A stretch of 64,000 bases of DNA from Candidatus Bathyarchaeota archaeon. Lineage in GTDB: Archaea; Thermoproteota; Bathyarchaeia; Bathyarchaeales; DTEX01. The translations under genes and the position numbers were made by a program. Shown here one piece after another: positions 34,149 through 42,343 of the stretch. Each line of letters begins with the position of its first letter. The stretch's first letter is position 1. Location: the NCBI GenBank assembly GCA_963714275.1, contig CAVQNT010000006.1, positions 480,788 to 544,787 of the forward strand, given 5' to 3'. The notes under the pieces are model-generated. The model was not told where the DNA came from. It ran no database searches and saw nothing but the letters and a program-made list of their open reading frames with translations.

Positions 34149-35099
34149 TTGAAAAGGGTTCTATACAATTCATCTGAAATTAGAAAGGAAATAATAAGAA
34201 TATTCAAATCTTATAATGAGCGTCGTGTCGCGATTTCTGCTTTTATTGGAGAAGGTGCTGATGCATACTTACCCACACCACAAGGTTTACAACTTATTTG
34301 CTGGCCAAAAGCGGGAAGTACTAATCCGGATATGTTAAGAGAACTCATTAAACGCGGGGTTGATGTTTTCTTTGCTGATGACCTGCATATGAAACTATAT
34401 TGGAGCGAAAGTCAAGGAGCAGTTTTAACTTCTGCAAATCTATCAACCAACGCTCTTGGTTCGGGAAATCAGAAGGAGATAGGTATTCTAGTATCATCCA
34501 AAGATATTGACATTGACCATTTAATAGCCTCAATACAAACGCGGCACGCATCTAAAAACGAGCTTCAGGAATTAGACCGTTTATACAAATCCTATGTCGT
34601 TAGAAATCCGCACGAGTTCAAATATAGGCATAGAGCAATGTCTTTTGCAGAATGGTACGAATCGCCTTTTCGAAAAGAATGGAAACTGGGCTGGTATGGT
34701 GAATATGGACCAATATCATCTATTGCTAAGGAAAGAGCAATGAGAGAATATGGAGTTAATGAACCTAAGGATTGGCTAAACGCCTGCGAAGGAGAATTTA
34801 AAGAAGGTGATTGGATTCTTTCATTCAAGTTAATACGGCTTCCAAGGCAACTTCAATGGATATCGGTGGATGATGTCGTTAGTGTCCCCAAGTCTGATAA
34901 GGCATACGAAAAAGAGTACCCTTACCAAGTTGTGCAGACTCATCCAAATAATTGTTATCCACAACCTCCATTTAGAATTAATAATAAGAAATTTATGAAA
35001 GCCTTCTCGAATGCAGTCCAGAAGTTCGGAGTAGATAAAGTAAAGAAAGTAATCACTCCCCCTAATGATTTAATTAAGTTTATTTTAACTAACATGTAG
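34149..35099 (+). CDS. PLD/HKD-superfamily nuclease (NgoFVII/Nuc-like)
   Basis: LHMKLYW...AVLTSANLSTNALG..NQKEIG (HxK...SANLS...N.E). Confidence 0.8.
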   Translation: MKRVLYNSSEIRKEIIRIFKSYNERRVAISAFIGEGADAYLPTPQGLQLICWPKAGSTNPDMLRELIKRGVDVFFADDLHMKLYWSESQGAVLTSANLSTNALGSGNQKEIGILVSSKDIDIDHLIASIQTRHASKNELQELDRLYKSYVVRNPHEFKYRHRAMSFAEWYESPFRKEWKLGWYGEYGPISSIAKERAMREYGVNEPKDWLNACEGEFKEGDWILSFKLIRLPRQLQWISVDDVVSVPKSDKAYEKEYPYQVVQTHPNNCYPQPPFRINNKKFMKAFSNAVQKFGVDKVKKVITPPNDLIKFILTNM

Positions 35100-35334
35100 C
35101 CATATCAAGATTAATCACTTTTTCAACAGAAAACCAGCTAACCAGGATATTTTTGTCCTTTTAGAAGCTTCCATTGACTTTTATAATCGTCCAAAGGAAA
35201 GACTTCGTGTCTTGGATGAGGGAAGCCACGTATTGAACTTTTCTTGATTCGACCTCACTCTTTAGACCTTATTATTGCTCTCTCATTTTCTCTTTTAATA
35301 TAATCAGCAACTTTATTGGATGATATTAGCTGAG

Positions 35335-35739
35335 CTAACTTATGGTATTGCTGGAAATATGTCCGAGTTGTTGTCTCTTAAGTTTAAAATAGGCGATACT
35401 TTCTGCCGTTGTCTCCATTATTCTACCTCCACTTGTTTCACTGCTACCTTTGGTGTTCTTTTTTGTTTTATTCCGAGCTTCTTTCATCTTAGCGGCTAAT
35501 AGTTGCATTAACCGAGTTGTGTCTTTGCTTTGGTTTGTTTGTTTCATGACATACATGTTTGAAGCATAGGCAACCCAGAAAATAGGTTCTTCTTCTTTGG
35601 TTACAACAAAAATGCTTTCTGGATTGAATCTTTTTGGTATGTCTGATCTCATTTCTTTCGGTATTCTAGAGGATGTTTGTATTTCTGCATCTAAACCATT
35701 GGCATCGAAGAAATCTTCTAAGACTTCTGTTATTTTCAT
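35335..35739 (-). CDS. Hypothetical protein (may extend to about 35257 after a frameshift)
   Basis: Overlaps the stop of the upstream Zn-finger gene (ATGA coupling). Confidence 0.55.
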   Translation of the reverse strand: MKITEVLEDFFDANGLDAEIQTSSRIPKEMRSDIPKRFNPESIFVVTKEEEPIFWVAYASNMYVMKQTNQSKDTTRLMQLLAAKMKEARNKTKKNTKGSSETSGGRIMETTAESIAYFKLKRQQLGHISSNTIS

Positions 35740-35924
35740 TTTTTCAACCTCCTATTATCTTCATCATATTCTTCTACGAAAGTTCCACAACTTGGGCAGA
35801 CGAAGCCTCTCTTTCCTTCCCTAACGCACCACTTTCTGTAATAATTAAGTTCTTTAACCGAAGTCTCGAACCAGCACTTACTACACTTTAAACTTTTATC
35901 CACCACTCGTTTTGTGTGCGCCAT
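35736..35924 (-). CDS. Small zinc-finger protein
   Basis: CSKC...CPSCG. GGAGGAG RBS. Confidence 0.7.
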   Translation of the reverse strand: MAHTKRVVDKSLKCSKCWFETSVKELNYYRKWCVREGKRGFVCPSCGTFVEEYDEDNRRLKK

Positions 35925-35944
35925 GGCGATTCTCCTCCTCCTTT

Positions 35945-36667
35945 TTAATTTTTGATGTAAATCCCATTACCCTTCACGTCAAAGACATTTAGTCCAAGAA
36001 ATGCTGAATATTGTGGTGTTACGAGAATTACCTTACGAGCAAACTTTCTGGACTCATAAACAAAACTCAAGAACGATTGAATGTTTTGGTATCGGTGCGC
36101 TTCTTCTACAATGATAATCCAATTTTTAAGATATTTGCGTTTGTCATTCAATCGTTCAAATATCCACTCGATGTCTCTTTCAGCCTTACGCACTTCTTTA
36201 TCTGGTCTGAACCGCACACGGATCAAATCACCTTTGAATTGAAAATCATCAGATACATGTCTCAAAATGCCATACTCATGTGCAGTATCGACCACATAAA
36301 TATTATATCGCATTACCTTTTGCTTTTTGATCCAATTTAAGATCTTGTTTTTAACGAAATATGTCTTCCCACTTAGCGGTTTCCCTGTAATAACTATTGG
36401 TTCAGTCCCACGCATTGCTGTGGTGACGTCAACAGGATCACCATATTTTTGGCTTACAAGGTTTGTTTCATGTGCGATTACAGAACCTAAACTTGGAAGA
36501 TTCATTGTTTTCGTTAATTCTCTTAGTTTTGTGTGAATATCAAGTGGCACTTTCACCGTCTTTACGGGCTGATCACGGTAAAGTTCCCACAAAGGAGCAA
36601 CTTCTTGCACTTTATTGTTCTCTGTTTTTATCACAGAACACTCACCTTCTAATAGAACAACAGGCAA
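35945..36667 (-). CDS. RHH-like domain fused to a FtsK/HerA-superfamily ATPase
   Basis: KTVKVPLDIHTKLRELTKTMN (RHH-like). Walker A ITGKPLSGKT, VVDTAHEY, Walker B IIVEEAH, ESRK arginine finger, ILVTPQ. Confidence 0.75.
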   Translation of the reverse strand: MPVVLLEGECSVIKTENNKVQEVAPLWELYRDQPVKTVKVPLDIHTKLRELTKTMNLPSLGSVIAHETNLVSQKYGDPVDVTTAMRGTEPIVITGKPLSGKTYFVKNKILNWIKKQKVMRYNIYVVDTAHEYGILRHVSDDFQFKGDLIRVRFRPDKEVRKAERDIEWIFERLNDKRKYLKNWIIIVEEAHRYQNIQSFLSFVYESRKFARKVILVTPQYSAFLGLNVFDVKGNGIYIKN

Positions 36668-36769
36668 AAATCAGAATAATTTACAACTTGTTTCTTCTAC
36701 CAAACTGCAACAATCTTTTGCCTCTTCTCGGCATCTTTTTGCGTTTCTTTTTCTGCTTTCTTACCTTTG

Positions 36770-37033
36770 TCATCGCCACTGCTCCATTACTAGCTTTTCT
36801 GTTTCTTTGTACTCTTTTCTGAATTTAACAAGTTTTACCTTTGTCTTATCCAGTGACAGTAAAATGTAACCACGAGAAAATAACAGATCTACAAATTCTT
36901 GATATTCTTTATGTTCGCTTATGTCAATCCAACCGTCAAATGATGGCGAGTTCCTTGATAGTTTTTTGTCAATACATAGCAACATGACATAAAATTCTCC
37001 CACTCCCATTTTTTTTCCCAGCTTTTTTACCAT
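36770..37033 (-). CDS. Hypothetical protein
   Basis: 87-aa ORF co-oriented with the ATPase cluster. Confidence 0.5.
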   Translation of the reverse strand: MVKKLGKKMGVGEFYVMLLCIDKKLSRNSPSFDGWIDISEHKEYQEFVDLLFSRGYILLSLDKTKVKLVKFRKEYKETEKLVMEQWR

Positions 37034-37211
37034 TACAATTCGATCATGTGGATGTTTTTAACAAGTGGTCTTTTTGTGTTGTTTGGTATAGGTTTTTTAC
37101 TAAACGTTTATTAAATCAATTTTTTGTCACATAGGATTCGTGTTAGACAAAATTTGTCTAATAAGGTGACATACGATTCCTATTGTGACAAAACGACAAT
37201 AATTTTGGTTG

Positions 37212-37436
37212 TTAAAATGGTTGCAAGTTTTGTAGGACATACAACACCATTTCTGACAGCCCATCAAGTGTGTAAGTGAAAAGTATGCCACAAATTAAGA
37301 GTAAGATTCCACTAAAATAGAGATCATAATCAAAAGTTACCACCAGCAAAGCCATTAAAATCCCAAGTGCTCCGAGAATGATGCAAATGTGCATCATTGT
37401 AGAGAAATCTCTGGCATCATTTATTGTGAACATCAT
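37212..37436 (-). CDS. Small membrane protein
   Basis: 74 aa with two hydrophobic helices. Purine-rich RBS. Confidence 0.5.
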   Translation of the reverse strand: MMFTINDARDFSTMMHICIILGALGILMALLVVTFDYDLYFSGILLLICGILFTYTLDGLSEMVLYVLQNLQPF

Positions 37437-37781
37437 TCCCTTTTCTTCTTAAAACTAAACTGGCTCCTTTCGTTTTTCATCTTGATACCAAAACAGCATT
37501 CCCTCTACATGCTGGAAAACATGATTTAGAAATTTATTTTTATTATGTAACAAAAATACGATAGACAACTTTACCATATAAAAGGTTTGTGGTATGTACT
37601 TGTATTGAAAAATACACTGCCTTCCGTTGTGATCAGTTAAGATAATGGTGTAAAAGTCAATATTGGTTACAACTTGTTATTTTTTTTTACAACAACCTAT
37701 TATCAAACAGCTTTTTACTCTTGTGCTTTCTCAAATATTCTAATTCTATCACCATTGGCATGTATTCGAATTTTGTTTTGA

Positions 37782-38217
37782 TCACGTAATTTGCAAACCA
37801 AATCCCAAAACTACGACAAATTTTTTCAAATCGTCTTCCCAGATGACATGCAATTCGTATCCACGTTTCTTGAAATATTGGATACGTGCTTTTTCTGTTA
37901 ATTTTCTACAATGAATCTTGCCACTCATGTCGTAGATAATGAGATTTAATATCATCCCACCACTGAGAAACAGGTGTTCTCTCGTAATTTGCATATGGGT
38001 TGCATTCCTCTAGAAATGCATCTACCACATATCCATAGACTTTTCTTTTGAGAAAAGCTATAATTGCATCTCTTTTCTCCGAAGAAAGAAACCCACTATA
38101 CCAATCGAAATTCAAACTATAGAAAGCTCTAAGAATTTTCACTCCCTCTTTGTTCCCTGCTTCATCTTCTAACGCTATTAGAGTCTTTCCAGTACTTAAT
38201 TTCTTCCCACTCTTCAA
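37782..38217 (-). CDS. Hypothetical protein, with a Vsr/DUF559-like endonuclease tail in an overlapping frame
   Basis: ORF 37906..38217, plus EKARIQYFKKRGYELHVIWEDDL in ORF 37782..37994. Confidence 0.4.
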
Positions 38218-38255
38218 GACCTTTCAGTTCTTCTTTAGTTGGCTTCATTGCATCT

Positions 38256-38507
38256 TCATATTCCATTGCCATTTTTTGTAAGCTTTTCTTGTAGCTTTAT
38301 TGTTGGGTCGTAAAAAGTGTAGTTACAGTGTTTGCAATGATAACGCTGAATTTTATGTGGGCGTCGTTTTACTTTGTGAAACCCTGTTTTTATGATATTA
38401 CGTGAACTGCACTTGGGACATATATGCGACTCTTTGACCATACAACCAACTACACGTTTAACAACACAAAAATGCCCTCTATATATATTTTTGCAAAAAG
38501 ACACCAT
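38256..38507 (-). CDS. IS1 InsA-like zinc-ribbon protein
   Basis: CPKCSSRNIIKTG...QRYHCKHCNYTF. Confidence 0.7.
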   Translation of the reverse strand: MVSFCKNIYRGHFCVVKRVVGCMVKESHICPKCSSRNIIKTGFHKVKRRPHKIQRYHCKHCNYTFYDPTIKLQEKLTKNGNGI

Positions 38508-38637
38508 GTTTTGTTTGGTTCAAAACAAACCAGAAATTTCAAAAAAGATACTCTAGAGCCAAAAACGTGTAGCTGGACGTGTAGTTTTAACAACTACACG
38601 ATTAACGACACAAAAAAATGATGTATCATATCTTAAT

Positions 38638-38985
38638 TCAAAACACTTTTACGCTATCTCCATTAACATGTATCTGACATTTGTGTTGGTCTTTTAGCTG
38701 TAATATCAGGTTCATGACCACTTTATCAGAAGCTTCTAGCCTGTCTGCGATGTCAATAATTGGTATCCAACCCTCTTGTTTCTGATATTTTCTCTTCTTT
38801 TTAAGCGAAGATAACCATGTGTATAGCATCTTAAGTGTTTCCTCTTCATCATCTAAGAATTGGGTTATTGCCTTTTGATCTATTGGTTTATCTTGTTCTA
38901 TTTCTTCAGCGTGTCTTTCAGTTGTTTCTGCATCTGTTGGCTGTGTTTTTTGTGGAAAGAATTTGTCCTTAATCCGTTTAAACAT
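38638..38985 (-). CDS. Hypothetical protein with a C-terminal wHTH-like segment
   Basis: IPIIDIADRLEASDKVVMNLILQLKDQHKCQI. Confidence 0.55.
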   Translation of the reverse strand: MFKRIKDKFFPQKTQPTDAETTERHAEEIEQDKPIDQKAITQFLDDEEETLKMLYTWLSSLKKKRKYQKQEGWIPIIDIADRLEASDKVVMNLILQLKDQHKCQIHVNGDSVKVF

Positions 38986-39075
38986 CTTCCAACCCTTTCT
39001 CGATTTCTTCTTTTATGTTCTCAGGCAACAGCTTAAATATTTGTTCCATATCTGTTGCAAAATCTTCTTCTGACA

Positions 39076-39276
39076 TCATATTTCGCCTCCAATGTACTTT
39101 ATTATGGCTTGACATCTTCCCTTGGCTTCGATTTCCACTATTTCCCATCCACCAGCAATCAATTTCTCAAGTTGCTTGTAGACAGTTTTAAGCGGTCTTC
39201 TATCCAAGTCAAGAATACGCTCCATAAAATGCATCCCCTTTGAAACTTTACGTGTCTGTTGACAACTTCCAAACAC
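39076..39276 (-). CDS. Small hypothetical protein
   Basis: Short ORF in the operon-like minus-strand run. Confidence 0.4.
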   Translation of the reverse strand: MFGSCQQTRKVSKGMHFMERILDLDRRPLKTVYKQLEKLIAGGWEIVEIEAKGRCQAIIKYIGGEI

Positions 39277-39736
39277 TACTACGTTTCATCTTTCCAGCGA
39301 GTACTTTCCAAAAACTTTGAATCCCTATGAAATATGGACTATTGGGTAAATCACCAATAACAAGCACAATGCTTCTTTTACCCAATGTTGCCTTTCCACA
39401 CCGTATGTATGTGTTGTTGACTAAATTAAAAATCGGGATGTCAGAATCTTTGTGTCTTATTAAATTTTTTACATCTAACACATAAATGAAAAATTGCCGA
39501 AGGTTTGAATAATCTTGCGGTTGAGAACCACCATTTGGTGTCATATAAATTACTCGTGGCGGTTTTGGTCCTATTCCAATCCAAACCAATAATGTATTTC
39601 GATTTTTTGATAACCGAAATACGCCACTGCGTGTTGCATCAGGATATAAGTTAAGCAAATCTCTGTTTATTTCTTCTAACGCTTTTTGAATTTCTATCCT
39701 TTTCCTTTCTTTATTACTTAGTTCTGATTCTGACAT
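39248..39736 (-). CDS. Hypothetical protein
   Basis: 162-aa ORF with a GGTG RBS. Confidence 0.6.
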   Translation of the reverse strand: MSESELSNKERKRIEIQKALEEINRDLLNLYPDATRSGVFRLSKNRNTLLVWIGIGPKPPRVIYMTPNGGSQPQDYSNLRQFFIYVLDVKNLIRHKDSDIPIFNLVNNTYIRCGKATLGKRSIVLVIGDLPNSPYFIGIQSFWKVLAGKMKRSSVWKLSTDT

Positions 39737-39753
39737 ACATACACACCATTTAT

Positions 39754-40101
39754 TTATGCTACCTTTTTGTATGTTCGTGGCTGTTTTGGTATCAATTTTA
39801 ATTTGCCACTTGTTCTCATCTTTTTCAATACAAAATTTAGCGTGCCTATGCCATCATTACCATATTTCGTAGTGACAATCTGTTTGATGCTTTCATACGT
39901 AAATTTTTCAGAAAAAACATTGATGATATTCTTGATGCCAGTAATTGATACACTTGGTTGTTCGTAAAATGTTTTGCCACATTTCTGACATTGAAAGCGT
40001 TGTTTCTTATGAAGTTGTGGCTTCATAACTATGCGAAAACCAATCTTAGATGTTTTATCTGAACCGCATGCTGGACATGATACCATTTTACATACACACA
40101 C
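39754..40101 (-). CDS. InsA-like zinc ribbon fused to a wHTH-like domain
   Basis: CPACGSDKTSKIG...QRFQCQKCGKTFY, then FTYESIKQIV...LNFVLKKMRTSGKL. Confidence 0.7.
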   Translation of the reverse strand: MCVCKMVSCPACGSDKTSKIGFRIVMKPQLHKKQRFQCQKCGKTFYEQPSVSITGIKNIINVFSEKFTYESIKQIVTTKYGNDGIGTLNFVLKKMRTSGKLKLIPKQPRTYKKVA

Positions 40102-40997
40102 TATAAGATTACAATAATATTTTTATAATTTGTCGTTTGAAAATTACCCATCTGTTCCAAGACGATGCACAAAACTAAAAAAATTTTAACACGTTTGTGT
40201 TAAATTCGGGTAGCTGTAAACAATTTACAACAATGTCAAAACTGTGCAACCAATTGATCCATGTTAAAAAATAGTGTGTATGTAATTCAATGTCGAAAAT
40301 ATGAATACATGTACCAGAATCCATGCTTCCATAATACAACAGACATACAAGTCCCAATATAACCCAAAAAAGTTTTTAATACAAAACTGTAAATTCACCA
40401 TTAAAACCCTATTGTTTACGATACTCTAACGATTATCGTTATCGTAGATTAGTATAGACAAGTATTATCGTAGATCGTAGATTACTCTATAGATCTGTTC
40501 TTTTTTAGAAAGTCTGAAAACCTTTTTTTAAGGTTTAAACACAATTTAACAATTTGGTCACACACAGAAAAAAGACATGGAAAACACATGTCGAAAAAAA
40601 TCTTAACAACCTATTTTACGTTAAAAAATGTAAATTTTCCATGATTTCTAATTACTTTGTATTAGTGTTTTTTATGTAAATTTCCACATACAACAATTTT
40701 CCAACACCATTGTCTTAAAAAAAACGAAAGTATTAACCAATAAGATATTAAACATTGAGTGTCAGTAAAAAACAACGAGTGAAATTGCATCTGTAAGTAG
40801 TGTAATCTGAACACTCTCTCTGAGTGAAAAATTACCCTGAATATTTAAGATCGAAGGTAAGCTTATAAAACATTTATAAAGAATACAATACCTCATAGAA
40901 AACCAAAATTAACCACATCTGGGCTTTCCAATACAAACCAATAAACCCAAAAACGTGTCCAAAAACCAAAATCCTATCAGAAAACCCCTCGATTTAC

Positions 40998-41019
40998 CCC
41001 TAAGCCTTAAACCATTTAT
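40998..41019. repeat. att core copy 1, overlapping the endA stop codon
   Basis: Reverse complement ATAAATGGTTTAAGGCTTAGGG encodes K-W-F-K-A-stop of endA. Confidence 0.92.
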
Positions 41020-41557
41020 AGATGAAGTATTGAATCTTGTTTTTTTCTAGGTCGGGTACTGCTATTATGAAGCGTTTCCTTACTGTGGTTGCTAGTCTGC
41101 CTGCTTTTACAATTTCAGTTGCTGTGATGATGTCTTTTTGGCTTTTCACCGAAACCATGTAGGGCGCGTGGTCGATGCCTGGTCCCTGCTTGTAAACAGC
41201 GAAGTCGCATCCATACTTAACTCCGGGTGTAACCACTAAACTTTTTTCTCTCAAGTCCCGGTACACCGCATACATAGCGTCGAACGCGTCAAACGTTTTT
41301 TGGGCTCTACCTTTAAGAGTCCGAAGATTTACCCCTTTCTTTTCGGGTCCCTCAACAACGTGGACCAAGCCCTTCTCCGCGAGGTACAACCCCTCCATCA
41401 AGTCGAGAACAAGGGGCACGTCGAACTCTGAGCTTTTAGGCTTAGGAATACCGAGGGGCTTGCCGTAGAATCCGAGTTCAAAAAGATCTGAACCCTTTTT
41501 GGAATCCCAAACAACGAGGAAATTCTCAACAAACTCAGCCTCAGTTTCCTCTGGCAA
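41000..41557 (-). CDS. endA: tRNA-splicing endonuclease (tRNA-intron lyase), catalytic subunit
   Basis: LDLMEGLYL, VYRDLREK, GVKYGCDFAVY, GIDHAPY, GRLATTVRK (Tyr-His-Lys triad). Confidence 0.95.
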   Translation of the reverse strand: MPEETEAEFVENFLVVWDSKKGSDLFELGFYGKPLGIPKPKSSEFDVPLVLDLMEGLYLAEKGLVHVVEGPEKKGVNLRTLKGRAQKTFDAFDAMYAVYRDLREKSLVVTPGVKYGCDFAVYKQGPGIDHAPYMVSVKSQKDIITATEIVKAGRLATTVRKRFIIAVPDLEKNKIQYFIYKWFKA

Positions 41558-41575
41558 AAAACGTTCAGTCCCCCT

Positions 41576-42235
41576 TTATACCGCGAACGCCAGTATCCGA
41601 GCTGCGTCAGACGCGTCCTCAATCTTGTCAGCAATGTCTTCTAGAAGCTGAATGATGTCCCTCATTAAAAGAAGCGTGTTAATGTCAAGTTTGCTTTCGA
41701 GAATCGCGATTTCAAGGTCACGGTACTTGTCGTCGACTTTTCTCTCCGAAACCTCCACATCCTTGGCTTTCTCCAACACCTTAGGCGACCCGTAATTCAA
41801 CATGAGGAAAGTGTCCCTAAGCATCGAGGCAGTGTCAGACACGGCACCCGCAAGGTCAACAATGCCCTTCTTGATGTCAGAAGGAACATCCCACCCTCGC
41901 TCCACCATCTGAGACAGCCTGAAAGCAATGCCCTTGCAGAAGTCCGCAATCTCGCTTGTAACGTCAGTGAACCTAAGGAAATCTTCACGGCTAATCAGTA
42001 TGGTGCCAATCTCGACCAGTTCTTGGGCGACTGCCCTTTTCGAATCGTCCACCCCGTCCCCGAGTTCCTGGACTTCACTGTAAAGCTGCTGAAGGGACGA
42101 CTTGTCGTTCTCCATGAAGGCGTCAATCACCTGAGCCGTCTTCCGGTTAACGTTCATGACCTTTCGAAGATGGTCTTGGCACAAACGTAGGGCTCTCCTC
42201 TTTGCCCTGTGCTCTGCTTCAATGGGAAAAACCAA
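41576..42235 (-). CDS. DUF47 / PhoU-like phosphate transport regulator
   Basis: SREDFLR, ERKVDDKYR, LEDIADKIEDASD. Confidence 0.85.
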   Translation of the reverse strand: MVFPIEAEHRAKRRALRLCQDHLRKVMNVNRKTAQVIDAFMENDKSSLQQLYSEVQELGDGVDDSKRAVAQELVEIGTILISREDFLRFTDVTSEIADFCKGIAFRLSQMVERGWDVPSDIKKGIVDLAGAVSDTASMLRDTFLMLNYGSPKVLEKAKDVEVSERKVDDKYRDLEIAILESKLDINTLLLMRDIIQLLEDIADKIEDASDAARILAFAV

Positions 42236-42343
42236 ACAGTTTCCGCCTCATGCACAAATAACTAGCTAACACTATCTAAATGGGTGACAACCTTAAAAAA
42301 CCTAGCTAGTCAACCACAACACACATTACTCGACAAATCAATC

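Larger units (their letters stand above)
25753..41019. mobile_element. About 15.3 kb integrated element (plasmid- or virus-like) inserted in the 3' end of endA
   Basis: 22-bp terminal direct repeats. AT-rich, with many small ORFans, Zn-ribbon proteins, a HerA-like ATPase and nuclease cargo. Abrupt return to GC-richer core genes at 41020. Confidence 0.88.

Noticed and set aside
38256-40101. IS1-family insertion sequences
   Set aside because: Only InsA-like Zn ribbons are present, with no DDE transposase, terminal inverted repeats or target duplication.
25753-41019. Element-wide stop-codon reassignment
   Set aside because: Only one clear in-frame TGA (GNAT). Other element genes end normally at TGA, TAA or TAG.
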